From: Xanthobacteraceae bacterium
Lineage (GTDB): Bacteria > Pseudomonadota > Alphaproteobacteria > Rhizobiales > Xanthobacteraceae
Reading direction: 5' to 3'
DNA: 43,758 nt
NCBI GenBank assembly: GCA_036008405.1
Contig: DASYNT010000191.1
Coordinates: 1-43,758, forward strand
Shown here: positions 17,153 through 26,302 of the stretch, piece by piece
How positions within the stretch are numbered: the first letter of the stretch is position 1
How the letters are laid out: the number at the start of each line of letters is the position of its first letter
Translations under genes and position numbers: made by a program
The notes under the pieces: generated by a model
What the model was told of the DNA's origin: nothing
Database searches by the model: none
The model's input: the letters and a program-made list of their open reading frames with translations, nothing else

Positions 17153-17876
17153 GACGACCTCCTTCGAATGCTCCTGGAGGGAAGGCCCCCGGCCAAGGCT
17201 TTGGCTGGGCCTTCGCCAACACGCCACTACCAAACATGGGGACCGGCTCGTCGTTCCGGGGCTCGGCAAAAGGCCGCAGGGGGTATGGGCGTTGTGGTAC
17301 TCGGACGCACCGCCACCTCAGTTTCAACCTACCGCCCTCGACGAGCGTTTTCATGTTCTGCAGCGCCTGCATGAACCTGGCGCGCCGCCTTTCCTTATCC
17401 GCCGCCCGCGCCGCATCGTCCGGCAGCATCGAGTTGTCGAAAAACAGCGTGTAGACGATCTTGGACGTGGTCGGCGTCACGGGTCGCGCTTCGAGCGTGC
17501 CGTGATAAAGGTTGTACGGCGTGCCTTCCTTCGGAGTTTGCGCGTAGGTGTAAGAGAGCTCGGTCCGGCCCACGAGCACCTCGGCGCCCACGGTGCGAAC
17601 CGCGCCAAACTCGCCGTCCGTGCCCGATGTAATCTTGCACCCCGCCGGAATCTGCAGCCATTCGCTGACGTCGCAGTACTTACCGATGCGCTTCCACACC
17701 TCCGCCGCCGAACGGTTGACCGTGATTTCCATCGGAATGGACGTGTAGGTGGGCGACGCGACCACGACCGAGCCATGTGGCGCGGCCGGAGCCGGCGCCT
17801 GCGGGTAGGCGGCCGAGGCCATTCCGGCGACCGCAAGCACGCAGCCTATGGCGATCTTCCCAAACTGATTACGCAT
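17145..17876 (-). CDS. SRPBCC (START/polyketide-cyclase-like) family protein, secreted; about 70-aa odd C-terminal tail
   Basis: Signal MRNQFGKIAIGCVLAVAGMASAA. Motifs: AAEVWKRIGKYCDVSEWL..., YTYAQTP..., LFFDNS. The tail after KTLVEGG is Pro/Trp/Arg-rich and overlaps the next gene's start. Confidence 0.7.
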   Translation of the reverse strand: MRNQFGKIAIGCVLAVAGMASAAYPQAPAPAAPHGSVVVASPTYTSIPMEITVNRSAAEVWKRIGKYCDVSEWLQIPAGCKITSGTDGEFGAVRTVGAEVLVGRTELSYTYAQTPKEGTPYNLYHGTLEARPVTPTTSKIVYTLFFDNSMLPDDAARAADKERRRARFMQALQNMKTLVEGGRLKLRWRCVRVPQRPYPLRPFAEPRNDEPVPMFGSGVLAKAQPKPWPGAFPPGAFEGGRHE

Positions 17877-18086
17877 GTGATTCCTCCCAGTAATTCAGCT
17901 TCAACAAGTTGCAACAACACCTACACTACCACGGTATAGTGGCGGCTGCCCGGCAGGTATGGCGGCGCTTCCGCGACTGAAATAATGGCTGATCGCCGGC
18001 GCGATCCCGCCGCGCCACCGTCGCGAAGCTTTGTTGTGGATATCGGCAATCGCCGAGAGGTTGCAAGAGGCCGATTGAGAAGTGGA

Positions 18087-18620
18087 ATGAGCTCAAATGA
18101 GGAGCATGTAGCGGACACGCTGCCCCGCATCAAATCCGTCAGCGCCACGCGTGCGCCATGGACACTCCACGTCATCTGGGCCGATCGGACCAAGGACCGG
18201 ATCGATCTGACCGGACTCGTCCATCGGTCCCGACATTTCCGGATCTTCCTCGACCAGCCGTCCGCTTTCCGCAAGATGCACGTTGCAGACTTTGGAGGCG
18301 GCATCGAATGGGAGAACGGTCTCGACTACGCTGCCGATACGCTCAAGGTGATGGCCGACGAGCAGCGACCGGTGAGCGGAGCCGATTTGGCGATGTTCGA
18401 ATCGCAGCTCGATCTCAGCACCGCGGAAACCGCCGCATTGCTCGGCTTGGCCGAGCGCACCGTGCGTGCCTATCGCGGGGCGAAGCGGTTGCCTCAGGCA
18501 GTCGCGATCGCCATCCGCGCCATCGGTGCCAGCAACACGGTGCTCGCTGCGCATTATCGTCCGGTCGGCCACCGCGGTCGCGGCCGTCCGAAGAAAACGG
18601 CCACACCCGATGCCGCCTGA
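18087..18620 (+). CDS. DUF2442 domain fused to a C-terminal helix-turn-helix
   Basis: LPRIKSVSATRAPWTLHVIWADRTKDRIDLTGLV...VADFGGGIEWENGLDYAADTL (DUF2442 pattern), then LSTAETAALLGLAERTVRAYRGAKRLP (HTH). ATG at 18087. Confidence 0.7.
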   Translation: MSSNEEHVADTLPRIKSVSATRAPWTLHVIWADRTKDRIDLTGLVHRSRHFRIFLDQPSAFRKMHVADFGGGIEWENGLDYAADTLKVMADEQRPVSGADLAMFESQLDLSTAETAALLGLAERTVRAYRGAKRLPQAVAIAIRAIGASNTVLAAHYRPVGHRGRGRPKKTATPDAA

Positions 18621-18746
18621 CGGCTGCCTGCCTGAGACCGGCGGCTCCGGCAGCGGTGCTGCCGCGATGCCCGCGGTGTCGCACATTGCGCGCGAACCTA
18701 CCGGACGCGGCCGCCGCGCATTGTCGAAGACAGCACTTTGGGTTTT

Positions 18747-19829
18747 CTAATCTGCCTCTCCCCATGTTGACCCCAACACCCGCAGCCAGTTTCTGAAGCA
18801 TATCTTCTCGATCAGCGGCTCGTCGAAGCCGCGTGCACGCATGGCCTCGACCAAATTTTGCAGCCCAGCAGCATCTCCTATACCGGCCGGGATCCTGGCG
18901 CCGTCGAAGTCGGAGCCGAGGCCGACGCCGTCCTCGCCGAGGTGGTCGAGCATGTGCGCGATGTGCTCGACCACGAGGTCGGTCGGCGTCTCGGCGTCGC
19001 GGCTGCCGTCCGGCCGCAGGAAGCTGGTTGCGAGGTTGACGCCGACGAGGCCGCCGGTCGCGCGGATTGCAGCCAACTGCCTGTCGGTGAGATTTCTCGA
19101 ATGAGGGCTCAGGGCGTGCGCGTTCGAATGGGTGGCGACGAGCGGCGCGTCGCTGAGGGCCGCAACGTCCCAGAACCCGCGTTCATTGAGGTGCGACAGG
19201 TCGATCAATATCCTCAGCCGGTTGCAGGCGGCGATCAGCCGTTTGCCGAGGTCGGTCAGGCCCGGCCCGGTGTCGGGCGACGACGGGCAAAGAAACGGCA
19301 CGCCATGGCCGAACGCATTCGGCCGGCTCCAGACCGGACCCAGCGAGCGCAATCCGGCCGCATGCAACACGTCCAGCAGCTCGAAATTCGGGTCGATCGC
19401 TTCGGCGCCTTCGATGTGAAGAACGGATGCCAGAGCCCCGTCCTCCAGGCTTTGCCGGATGTCCGCGACGGTGCGGCACAGCCGGACGGTCCCCTGCGAT
19501 GCCCGTTCGATCCGCAGCAGCAGAGAGACCATGGCAAAGACGGTGCTTTGCGCCGCGATCAGCTCGACGCCAGGCAGCGATGAGGCACTGCCGCTGTCCT
19601 GTTGGGCAGGCGTGTCGCCGCTCGGGCCCGTCGGCCCGTCGGTCGACGGGACGAAGATTGCGAACAACCCGCCGGCAAATCCTCCCTGATGCGCCTTGGG
19701 AAGATCGAGATGGCCCTTCGCTTCGCCGTGCAGGAAGGCCTCCGCCGCGTCGGCGCCGCCGCGCCGGTAAAGCCGCAGCAGGACGTCATTGTGGCCGTCG
19801 AAGAACGGCACGGGCCCGGGCGACTTCAT
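18747..19829 (-). CDS. Membrane dipeptidase (peptidase family M19)
   Basis: FFDGHNDVLLRL, HIEGAEAI, LIDLSHLNERGFWD, VATHSNAHAL, RNLTDRQL, GLGSDFDG. Confidence 0.9.
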   Translation of the reverse strand: MKSPGPVPFFDGHNDVLLRLYRRGGADAAEAFLHGEAKGHLDLPKAHQGGFAGGLFAIFVPSTDGPTGPSGDTPAQQDSGSASSLPGVELIAAQSTVFAMVSLLLRIERASQGTVRLCRTVADIRQSLEDGALASVLHIEGAEAIDPNFELLDVLHAAGLRSLGPVWSRPNAFGHGVPFLCPSSPDTGPGLTDLGKRLIAACNRLRILIDLSHLNERGFWDVAALSDAPLVATHSNAHALSPHSRNLTDRQLAAIRATGGLVGVNLATSFLRPDGSRDAETPTDLVVEHIAHMLDHLGEDGVGLGSDFDGARIPAGIGDAAGLQNLVEAMRARGFDEPLIEKICFRNWLRVLGSTWGEAD

Positions 19830-20072
19830 CGGTGATTCTTCGTTGCCGAAAGCTCATTCAGGGCAAGCTTACGCATTCGCGATCGCCAACCTTGCCCGAG
19901 CCGGACGATGGTATCAACAATCGCCGCAGGATTGTCGAAGCTTGCGTTGCAAGTCGACCGCCGGTCCGCGCCCGGGCTCGGCCGCCGTCGATAGCTGTCG
20001 GTCCCGGCGAAACCCATCCATCGCGATCCACGCCGTTGAGCCGGCATCCCACCCTGACCGCCGTTCTCGCCA

Positions 20073-20915
20073 TCACGGGGCGATTCGATCGACCACCGCG
20101 CTGCGCGCACCGCGCGCCAACCGGTCGCTCAATGCAGCCAGCATGATTTCGGCTTCCGATTGCAGCCGCCACGGCGGATTGACCACGATCACGCCGCAGC
20201 CGCCGAGCCGCCCGTCGGCAGTGGGCGCGGCCACCGTCATTTCGAGGCGCAGCGCCTTTTCGATGCCGTTGCGCCGCAACGCCCCGGCGAGAGCGTCCGG
20301 TCCCTCGCGGCCCTTGATCGGATACCATGCGACGTAGATACCGGTCGGCCATTTGCGCAACGCCGCGGCGAGGCCGGCGGACAGGCGGGCAAACTCGTCG
20401 GGCTGTTCGTAGGGCGGGTCGAGAATGACGAGGCCGCGGCGCTCGTTCGGCGGGACATAGGCGCCGAGCGCCACCCAGCCGTCGATGGCGATCGCCTTGG
20501 CCTGCCGGATCGCGCGCAGGCGATCGGCCAGCGCCGCCGCGGCCACCGGCTCGAGCTCGCAGGCGATGAGGCGATCCTGGGGCCGCAGCAGGGCGCACGC
20601 GATGAGCGGCGAGCCGGGATAATGGCGCAGCGCGCCGTCGAGGTTGCAGGACCGCACGGCGGCGAGATAAGGCGCCAGCAGCGCGCCGGCCTCGGCCGGC
20701 AGCGCGGCATCGAACAGGCGGCCGATGCCGTCGCGCCATTCACCGGTGCGGCCGGCTTCCTGCGAGGCGAGATCGTAGAGGCCGGCGCCGGCATGGATGT
20801 CGATCACCCGGAACGGCGTCGTCTTGCCGCGCAAATGCACCAGCACGCGGGCGAGGATCGCGTGCTTGAGCACGTCGGCGAAGCTGCCGGCATGAAAGGC
20901 GTGGCGGTAGTTCAT
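20073..20915 (-). CDS. rlmJ: 23S rRNA (adenine2030-N6)-methyltransferase
   Basis: MNYRHAFHAGSFADVLKH..., YPGSPLIA, VILDPPYE, WYPI. Confidence 0.9.
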   Translation of the reverse strand: MNYRHAFHAGSFADVLKHAILARVLVHLRGKTTPFRVIDIHAGAGLYDLASQEAGRTGEWRDGIGRLFDAALPAEAGALLAPYLAAVRSCNLDGALRHYPGSPLIACALLRPQDRLIACELEPVAAAALADRLRAIRQAKAIAIDGWVALGAYVPPNERRGLVILDPPYEQPDEFARLSAGLAAALRKWPTGIYVAWYPIKGREGPDALAGALRRNGIEKALRLEMTVAAPTADGRLGGCGVIVVNPPWRLQSEAEIMLAALSDRLARGARSAVVDRIAP

Positions 20916-21039
20916 GGCGCGCCCCGCGATCCCGAAACGTCGAAGGCCCTTCGGACGAGGCCATGGGCGAGGGCCGGCGGATCAGAGCCAGGGGATCAAA
21001 GAGTTGTCCAGGCGATCGGCCGCCGGGCCCCCGCCGCGG

Positions 21040-21717
21040 TCAGCCACCGCGCACCGGCGGCATCACCAGCCGGTCGCGCCGGCAGGAGCGACGGTCGGTC
21101 TCGGCGCAGTCGCGGAACTGGAGGTCCCGCGACAGGCAGATCCGGACCTCGTCGAGCCGCCGGCCGCCGCAGCTGACGGCGATGCCCGCTCGCGTCAGCC
21201 CCGGATTGGCCTTCACGAAGGCATCCTCGACCTCGTCGGGGGTGACCGTCAGCGGCGACCGCAGGTCCATGTATTGTGGCGGGATTTTCACCACCGCGCG
21301 CGCCTTGCGCACGGTTTCGAAGAATGCGCCGGGCGAGAGGCCCGAGCAGGTGCCGTGGCGGTCCCATTCATGGAACACCAGGCGCGGGCTCGGCATCAGG
21401 TCGAGCATGGACGAGACGATGGTGCGGCTGAGTCGCGGCGACGGCACCTGGCAGAATTCCGGGAACCCGCGCTCATATTGCGGCCACATGCCGTGGACGA
21501 CGAAGGAAAACGGCCGCGGTCCGCATTGCGGATCCGAGCGCTGGAACGGCCGCTCCGCATTGGCGGCGCAGTAGGACGGCGACCACGACAGCGACAGCAC
21601 GTAGAAATCGAACTTTCCCGGCTGATTCTGTCGGCCGTCCTGGGCATGGACGCCGGATGTGCCCCCGAGGAGGCCGAACACTGCGAGGCAGGCGATCAGG
21701 CGGGCGACGATGAACAT
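21040..21717 (-). CDS. Ribonuclease T2 family protein, secreted
   Basis: Real start MFIVARLIACLAVFGLLG (ATG 21717..21715) inside track ORF 21040..22476. CAS motifs FVVHGMWPQ and HEWDRHGTC. Confidence 0.9.
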   Translation of the reverse strand: MFIVARLIACLAVFGLLGGTSGVHAQDGRQNQPGKFDFYVLSLSWSPSYCAANAERPFQRSDPQCGPRPFSFVVHGMWPQYERGFPEFCQVPSPRLSRTIVSSMLDLMPSPRLVFHEWDRHGTCSGLSPGAFFETVRKARAVVKIPPQYMDLRSPLTVTPDEVEDAFVKANPGLTRAGIAVSCGGRRLDEVRICLSRDLQFRDCAETDRRSCRRDRLVMPPVRGG

Positions 21718-21884
21718 GACTGCCCCAAAAATACGGACCGAGGGTGACGCTTCCGAGTACCCGGGCAAAATAGCCGATGGGCGGATCGAATCCAGACATG
21801 GCGCGCAATTATTCGACGCCGGCATCCGGCCGGATGATTCGCGGCGCGGATCGCGGACAGGTGCTCGGAATCGGATGGGACCTG

Positions 21885-22370
21885 CTACGGCTTCGCGAGA
21901 CGGCAGGCCGGCTGGTAGGACCATTCGCGGTCGAGCCCGACCACGCAGAACTCGACGCCATAGCTGACGCCGAGCATCCCGGCGTCCTCGGTGATCGAGT
22001 AATACATCGAGCGCCGCACGCCGTCGGAGATGAGCACCGAGGCGCTGCAGAACCGCCGCGGAATGGTGCCGGGGGCCCACGGCTGCCACGCCACCTCTTG
22101 GATCCTTTCGATTCCGACGATCTTGAGGTCGGAGTTCCAGAACTTTCCCTCCTTGGTGCTGAAGCGGCGCTCGATCATCTTGAGCGGATCGCGCTCCTCG
22201 CATAGCGGCACCTTGGCCGAATAGCGCGGCCCCGACATCCAGAATTCTTTTTCGAAAATGGTGGCCGACCGGGCCGTCGGCGCCCATGCCAGGGACATCG
22301 TCGCCGTCAGCAGCACCGCTGCCGTCAGCCGAGCCAGAGTCGACGGAAAAGCCCCCGCATGCATCGACAA
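21885..22370 (-). CDS. Hypothetical exported protein (161 aa)
   Basis: Signal-like N-terminus (LARLTAAVLLTATMSLAWA). Coding-like composition, co-directional with RNase T2. No family recognised. Confidence 0.6.
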   Translation of the reverse strand: MSMHAGAFPSTLARLTAAVLLTATMSLAWAPTARSATIFEKEFWMSGPRYSAKVPLCEERDPLKMIERRFSTKEGKFWNSDLKIVGIERIQEVAWQPWAPGTIPRRFCSASVLISDGVRRSMYYSITEDAGMLGVSYGVEFCVVGLDREWSYQPACRLAKP

Positions 22371-22503
22371 ATCCCCCTGCCGTCAACAGCGGACGGTGCC
22401 GCGCAAGACCGCTGCGGTCAAGCGGAGAAACTCCGCGCTGGGTGGATTGTGGCGAGCTGTTGCGATCGCGACGCACGAACCCGATCCCTTTGAAGGAACA
22501 ACG

Positions 22504-23355
22504 CTATTCCTGCGTTTTGCACGGCTCGGCCGGGGCGCGCCAATCGCCTGCCGCCGCCTGCACGATGGCGAGCGCCGCCACCGCCGCCGTATCGGCGCGC
22601 AGGATGCGCGGCCCGAGCGAGATTCGCGAGGTGTGCGGCCGTTGTCGCAACAAGGCGCGCTCCGCCTCGTCGAATCCGCCTTCCGGACCGATCAGCACCG
22701 CCAGCGGTATGCCTGTGTGGCCGCTTGCCTCCATGCCGGCGCGCCCGGTGCCCCCCGCGTGGCCGCCCCCTTGGCCGACCCAGTGGTCGCGCCCGGCGAG
22801 GTCCTGCTCGAGGGCGGCCACAGGGTTGGCCGCAGGCGCATCCTCGTCGCAAAAAACCAGATGCCGTCCCGACTCGAGCGCCGCGACCGCGCGATCCAGC
22901 GTGACCGACGGCATGATTTCCGGAATGCCGAGGATGCCGCATTGCTCGGCCGCCTCGATGGCATTGGCATGCATGCGCTCGAGATTGACCCGCTCGGCCT
23001 GGGTGTGCCGGGTCATCACCGGTTGCAGCCGGGACACCCCCATTTCGACCGCTTTTTGTACCATGTAGTCGAGCCTCGCCCGCTTGAGGGGGGCGAACAG
23101 GTAGTGCAGGTCGCTGGCCGGGCCCTGCGGCCGCATTTGGTTCCCGATGCCGAGTTCGGTGCGCTTGCCGGTACCGGCGAGCCTGCCCTGCCATTCGCCG
23201 TCCTTGCCGTTGAAGACCAGCACGGGGTCGCCGGCCTGCAGGCGCAGGACGCCGGTGAGATAATGACCCTGGGCGGCATCGAGGGCCACCGTCGCGCCCG
23301 ACCGCAACGGCGCTGCGACAAAAAGGCGGGGGCTGCGAAAATCATGAAGGGGCAT
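22504..23355 (-). CDS. rsmE: 16S rRNA (uracil1498-N3)-methyltransferase
   Basis: PRLFV...GHYLTGVLRLQAGDPVLVFNG..., KRARLDYMVQKAVEMGVS, AIEAAEQCG, LIGPEGGF, RILRADTA. Confidence 0.85.
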   Translation of the reverse strand: MPLHDFRSPRLFVAAPLRSGATVALDAAQGHYLTGVLRLQAGDPVLVFNGKDGEWQGRLAGTGKRTELGIGNQMRPQGPASDLHYLFAPLKRARLDYMVQKAVEMGVSRLQPVMTRHTQAERVNLERMHANAIEAAEQCGILGIPEIMPSVTLDRAVAALESGRHLVFCDEDAPAANPVAALEQDLAGRDHWVGQGGGHAGGTGRAGMEASGHTGIPLAVLIGPEGGFDEAERALLRQRPHTSRISLGPRILRADTAAVAALAIVQAAAGDWRAPAEPCKTQE

Positions 23356-23538
23356 GCCGATTCGTCCGCAAACTGGTTTCGGCGGCTCGGGAATTGGTGT
23401 ATCGTTACCGTATGGAGCGGGGTCGGGAGGGTTCCGTTTGCCGCCTTATCGCCCAAATCCAAGCGCTGTTAACCGCTTCTATACCGAATCGTCGGCATTT
23501 TTGTCGGCGCATCGTTGGAGGATGGAGAGTCCCGCATC

Positions 23539-24150
23539 ATGAGGGCAGGCTGTCTTCCCCTCGTCCTGGCATTCGTGGTTGCGCCGGCGCTCCAGGCCGC
23601 CGCGCAGGATTTGCCGTGGCCCAGCAATCCGCCGCCCGCCGGCGCGATGGGATCGCCGGCTGGAATGACGCCGGCGCCGATGGGCGCACCCATGGGCGCG
23701 CCCGCTCCGATGGGTGCCGCGCCGCCCATGGGCTCGCCGTTCGGTGGGGGCGGCCAGCCGCCTCCCTGCGCAGTGGAATTCGGCAAGCTGCGCGACGAGG
23801 TTCAGAAAAAGGGGTTGGCGGCCAAGGCCGCGCAGGAGCACAAGGTCGCCCGCGAGGAAATGTGCAAGGTCATCCAGGCCTATGCCGCGGCCGAAGGCAA
23901 ATGGGTGAAATTCGCTGAAACGGGCGCTGCGACCTGCGGCATCCCCGGGCAGATCATCGCCCAGTTGAAGCAGGTGCATGCGCGGACCGAGCAGGCGCGC
24001 ACGAACATCTGTTCCGGCGGGCCGGTCGGCGGCGTGGCGGCGGCTCCGAGCCTGAGCGATGCGCTGGGCACGACCCGGTTGCAGCTCGACACCAAGAAGA
24101 CCGGCACCAACTACCTCGACACGCTGACCGGAAACGCCATCCAGAGATGA
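23539..24150 (+). CDS. Secreted hypothetical protein with a Met/Pro/Gly-rich repeat region and 4 Cys
   Basis: MRAGCLPLVLAFVVAPALQAAA signal, then PAGAMGSPAGMTPAPMGAPMGAPAPMGAAPPMGSPFG. Its stop overlaps the ubiA ATG (ATGA at 24147-24150). Confidence 0.65.
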   Translation: MRAGCLPLVLAFVVAPALQAAAQDLPWPSNPPPAGAMGSPAGMTPAPMGAPMGAPAPMGAAPPMGSPFGGGGQPPPCAVEFGKLRDEVQKKGLAAKAAQEHKVAREEMCKVIQAYAAAEGKWVKFAETGAATCGIPGQIIAQLKQVHARTEQARTNICSGGPVGGVAAAPSLSDALGTTRLQLDTKKTGTNYLDTLTGNAIQR

Positions 24151-25088
24151 GCGCAGGCGTCGGTCGCGTCGCGGACTCGACCGGCAACTGGGTCGACCGT
24201 GCTGCTCCGCCGTGGTCGCGTCCCTATCTGCGGCTGGCCCGCCTCGATCGCCCGATCGGCTCATGGCTGCTGCTCATCCCGTGCTGGTGGTCTGCCGGTC
24301 TCGCCGCGATCGCGGCGCGCGACTTGCTGCCCAGCCCATGGCATCTCCTGCTGTTCTTCATCGGCGCCTTCGCCATGCGGGGCGCCGGCTGCACCTGGAA
24401 CGACATCGTCGACCGCGACCTCGATGGCCGCGTCGAGCGGACCCGCTCGCGGCCGATCCCGTCGGGGCAGGTCACCGCCGCGCAGGCGATGGCATTCCTG
24501 GTGGCCCAGGCCCTGGTCGGCCTCGCCGTCCTGCTGCAGTTCAACCGCTTCGCGATCGCGGCCGGGATCGCCTCGCTGGGCATCGTCGCCGTCTATCCCT
24601 TCATGAAGCGAATCACCTACTGGCCGCAGATCGTGCTCGGCCTCGCTTTCTCCTGGGGCGCTCTGATGGGCTGGGCAGCCGCGTTCGGCCGGCTCGATGC
24701 GCCCGCGCTGGTGCTCTATGCCGGTTCCATTTCCTGGGTGATCGGCTACGACACCATCTATGCCCACCAGGACCGCGAGGACGATGCCCTGATCGGCATC
24801 AAGTCGACGGCGCTGCTGTTCGGCCCCCGCACCAGGCCGATGCTCGCGGTCTTCTACGGGCTTGCCGTCGTCCTGGTCGGCATGTCGGGCGTTCTCGCCG
24901 GCGCCCGGGCGGCCTTCGCAGTGGGCCTGCTGGGCTTTGCCGGCCACCTCGCCTGGCAGATCGTCCGCCTCGACATCACCGATCCCGACCGGTGCCTGCG
25001 GTTGTTCAAGGCCAACCGCGACGCCGGGCTGGTCTTGTTCGCGGCGATGTTGGCGGATGCTTATCTGCAGGCGGTGGGGGTAGGTTGA
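24147..25088 (+). CDS. ubiA: 4-hydroxybenzoate polyprenyltransferase
   Basis: LARLDRPIGSWLLLIPCWW, GAGCTWNDIVDRDLDGRVERTRSRPIPSG, YAHQDREDD. Confidence 0.9.
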   Translation: MSAGVGRVADSTGNWVDRAAPPWSRPYLRLARLDRPIGSWLLLIPCWWSAGLAAIAARDLLPSPWHLLLFFIGAFAMRGAGCTWNDIVDRDLDGRVERTRSRPIPSGQVTAAQAMAFLVAQALVGLAVLLQFNRFAIAAGIASLGIVAVYPFMKRITYWPQIVLGLAFSWGALMGWAAAFGRLDAPALVLYAGSISWVIGYDTIYAHQDREDDALIGIKSTALLFGPRTRPMLAVFYGLAVVLVGMSGVLAGARAAFAVGLLGFAGHLAWQIVRLDITDPDRCLRLFKANRDAGLVLFAAMLADAYLQAVGVG

Positions 25089-25312
25089 CCGACCGAGGGC
25101 TGCCGTTGCGGCGTCAGCTTTCGGCAGCTGCCGACATGTCATCGCACGGGCCCTTGGGCAGCGGTGGGCCATGGCACGGACTCATGCGCCGCAGCAAACG
25201 GCCCCTCGGTTCGATCCGGTTCGATCGCCACAACCGGCGGCGACCGAAGGAGCCCGTTCCCATGCATCCGCGGCCGGGATACGCTCCCCTGATCCAACGC
25301 AGGAGATCAAAG

Positions 25313-26302
25313 ATGCGGCGACGAGAGTTCATCGCGGGGCTGGGAGCCGCGATCACCGGCTCGATCCGGGCCAATGCGCAGCAGCTGCCGCCCGTATCGT
25401 TGGTGGGCTATCTTTATGCCGGCCCAACCGAAGGCGCCATGCTCCGGCAAGTGGCATTTCGCGAGGGGCTCGCCGAGGCCGGCTACTTCGAAGGCTGCAA
25501 TCTGGCAATCGAATCCCGCTGGGCGCGCAACGCTCCCTTTCGGCTTCCGGACCTGGCCAGCGACCTGGTGGACAGCGGCGTCGCGGTCCTGGTTGCGTCA
25601 CACAACACACAGGCGGCCCTCGCAGCGCAGGCGGCGACCAAGACGATTCCGATCGTCTTCGGTTTCGGCGCGGACCCCGTCGAGACCGGCCTCGTCTCCA
25701 GCCTCGACCATCCGGGCGGCAATATCACCGGCGTCACCTCGATGGTAGCGGATATCGGGTCGAAGCGGTTCGGGCTGCTGCGAGAACTTGTCCCGGGGGC
25801 CTCCCGTGCTGCGCTGCTCGTCGACCCGAATGACGACGCCATCGTCGTCAAATCGACGATCGCGGATGTGCGAGGGGCCGCCCTAGCAATCGGGTGGGAA
25901 ATCGAGGTCTTCAATGCCGGCGGCGCAGGCGGCATCGACGCGGCTTTTGCGAGCCTCGTGGAAAAGCGGTCCGAGGTCCTGCTCGTCAGTCCGAGCAACG
26001 TCTTTTCCGGCAATCGGATGCAGATTATAGCGCTGGCGGCGCAGCATCGGGTGCCGGCGCTCTATTTCGAGCGCGACTATGCCGAAGTCGGTGGACTCAT
26101 GAGTTATGGTGCGAATGGCCCGGAGCAGTATCGCCAACTCGGCGTCTATGCGGGCCGCATTCTCAACGGCAAAAAGCCGGGCGATCTGCCGGTGCTGAGG
26201 GCACCGAGGCTCGAGCTCGTCATCAATCTCGAGACCGCCAAGGCGCTCGGCCTTACCATCCCGTCAAGGCTGTTGGGGACCGCCGACGAGCTGATCAAAT
26301 AG
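25313..26302 (+). CDS. ABC transporter substrate-binding protein (ABC_sub_bind/DUF534-like)
   Basis: MRRREFIAGLGAAIT with AGGAG at 25301-25305. Motifs: IPIVFGFGADPVETGLVSSLDHPGGNITGV, INLETAKALGLTIP. C-terminal part of track ORF 24212..26302. Confidence 0.85.
   Translation: MRRREFIAGLGAAITGSIRANAQQLPPVSLVGYLYAGPTEGAMLRQVAFREGLAEAGYFEGCNLAIESRWARNAPFRLPDLASDLVDSGVAVLVASHNTQAALAAQAATKTIPIVFGFGADPVETGLVSSLDHPGGNITGVTSMVADIGSKRFGLLRELVPGASRAALLVDPNDDAIVVKSTIADVRGAALAIGWEIEVFNAGGAGGIDAAFASLVEKRSEVLLVSPSNVFSGNRMQIIALAAQHRVPALYFERDYAEVGGLMSYGANGPEQYRQLGVYAGRILNGKKPGDLPVLRAPRLELVINLETAKALGLTIPSRLLGTADELIK

Noticed and set aside
22711-22797. Gly/His-rich segment (AGRDHWVGQGGGHAGGTGRAGMEASGHTG) in RsmE as a lineage-specific insertion
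   Set aside because: It makes the protein about 35 aa longer than the RsmE lengths I remember. Without an alignment I cannot show it is an insertion and not a normal variable linker.
20073-23355. rsmE, hypothetical gene, RNase T2 and rlmJ as a functional RNA-modification system
   Set aside because: The genes are separated by 120-170 bp gaps with no coupling. These are common housekeeping genes, and co-location is most simply explained by synteny.
24212-25312. N-terminal extensions of track ORFs that fuse unrelated regions (24212..26302, 25894..27441, 36798..39077, 36978..39209, 39144..42332, 21040..22476, 1387..2862, 7111..8895, 8432..10294)
   Set aside because: Only the C-terminal parts show signal peptides, SD sites and family motifs. 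The upstream parts overlap other real genes or are Arg/Pro-rich. I re-set the starts accordingly.
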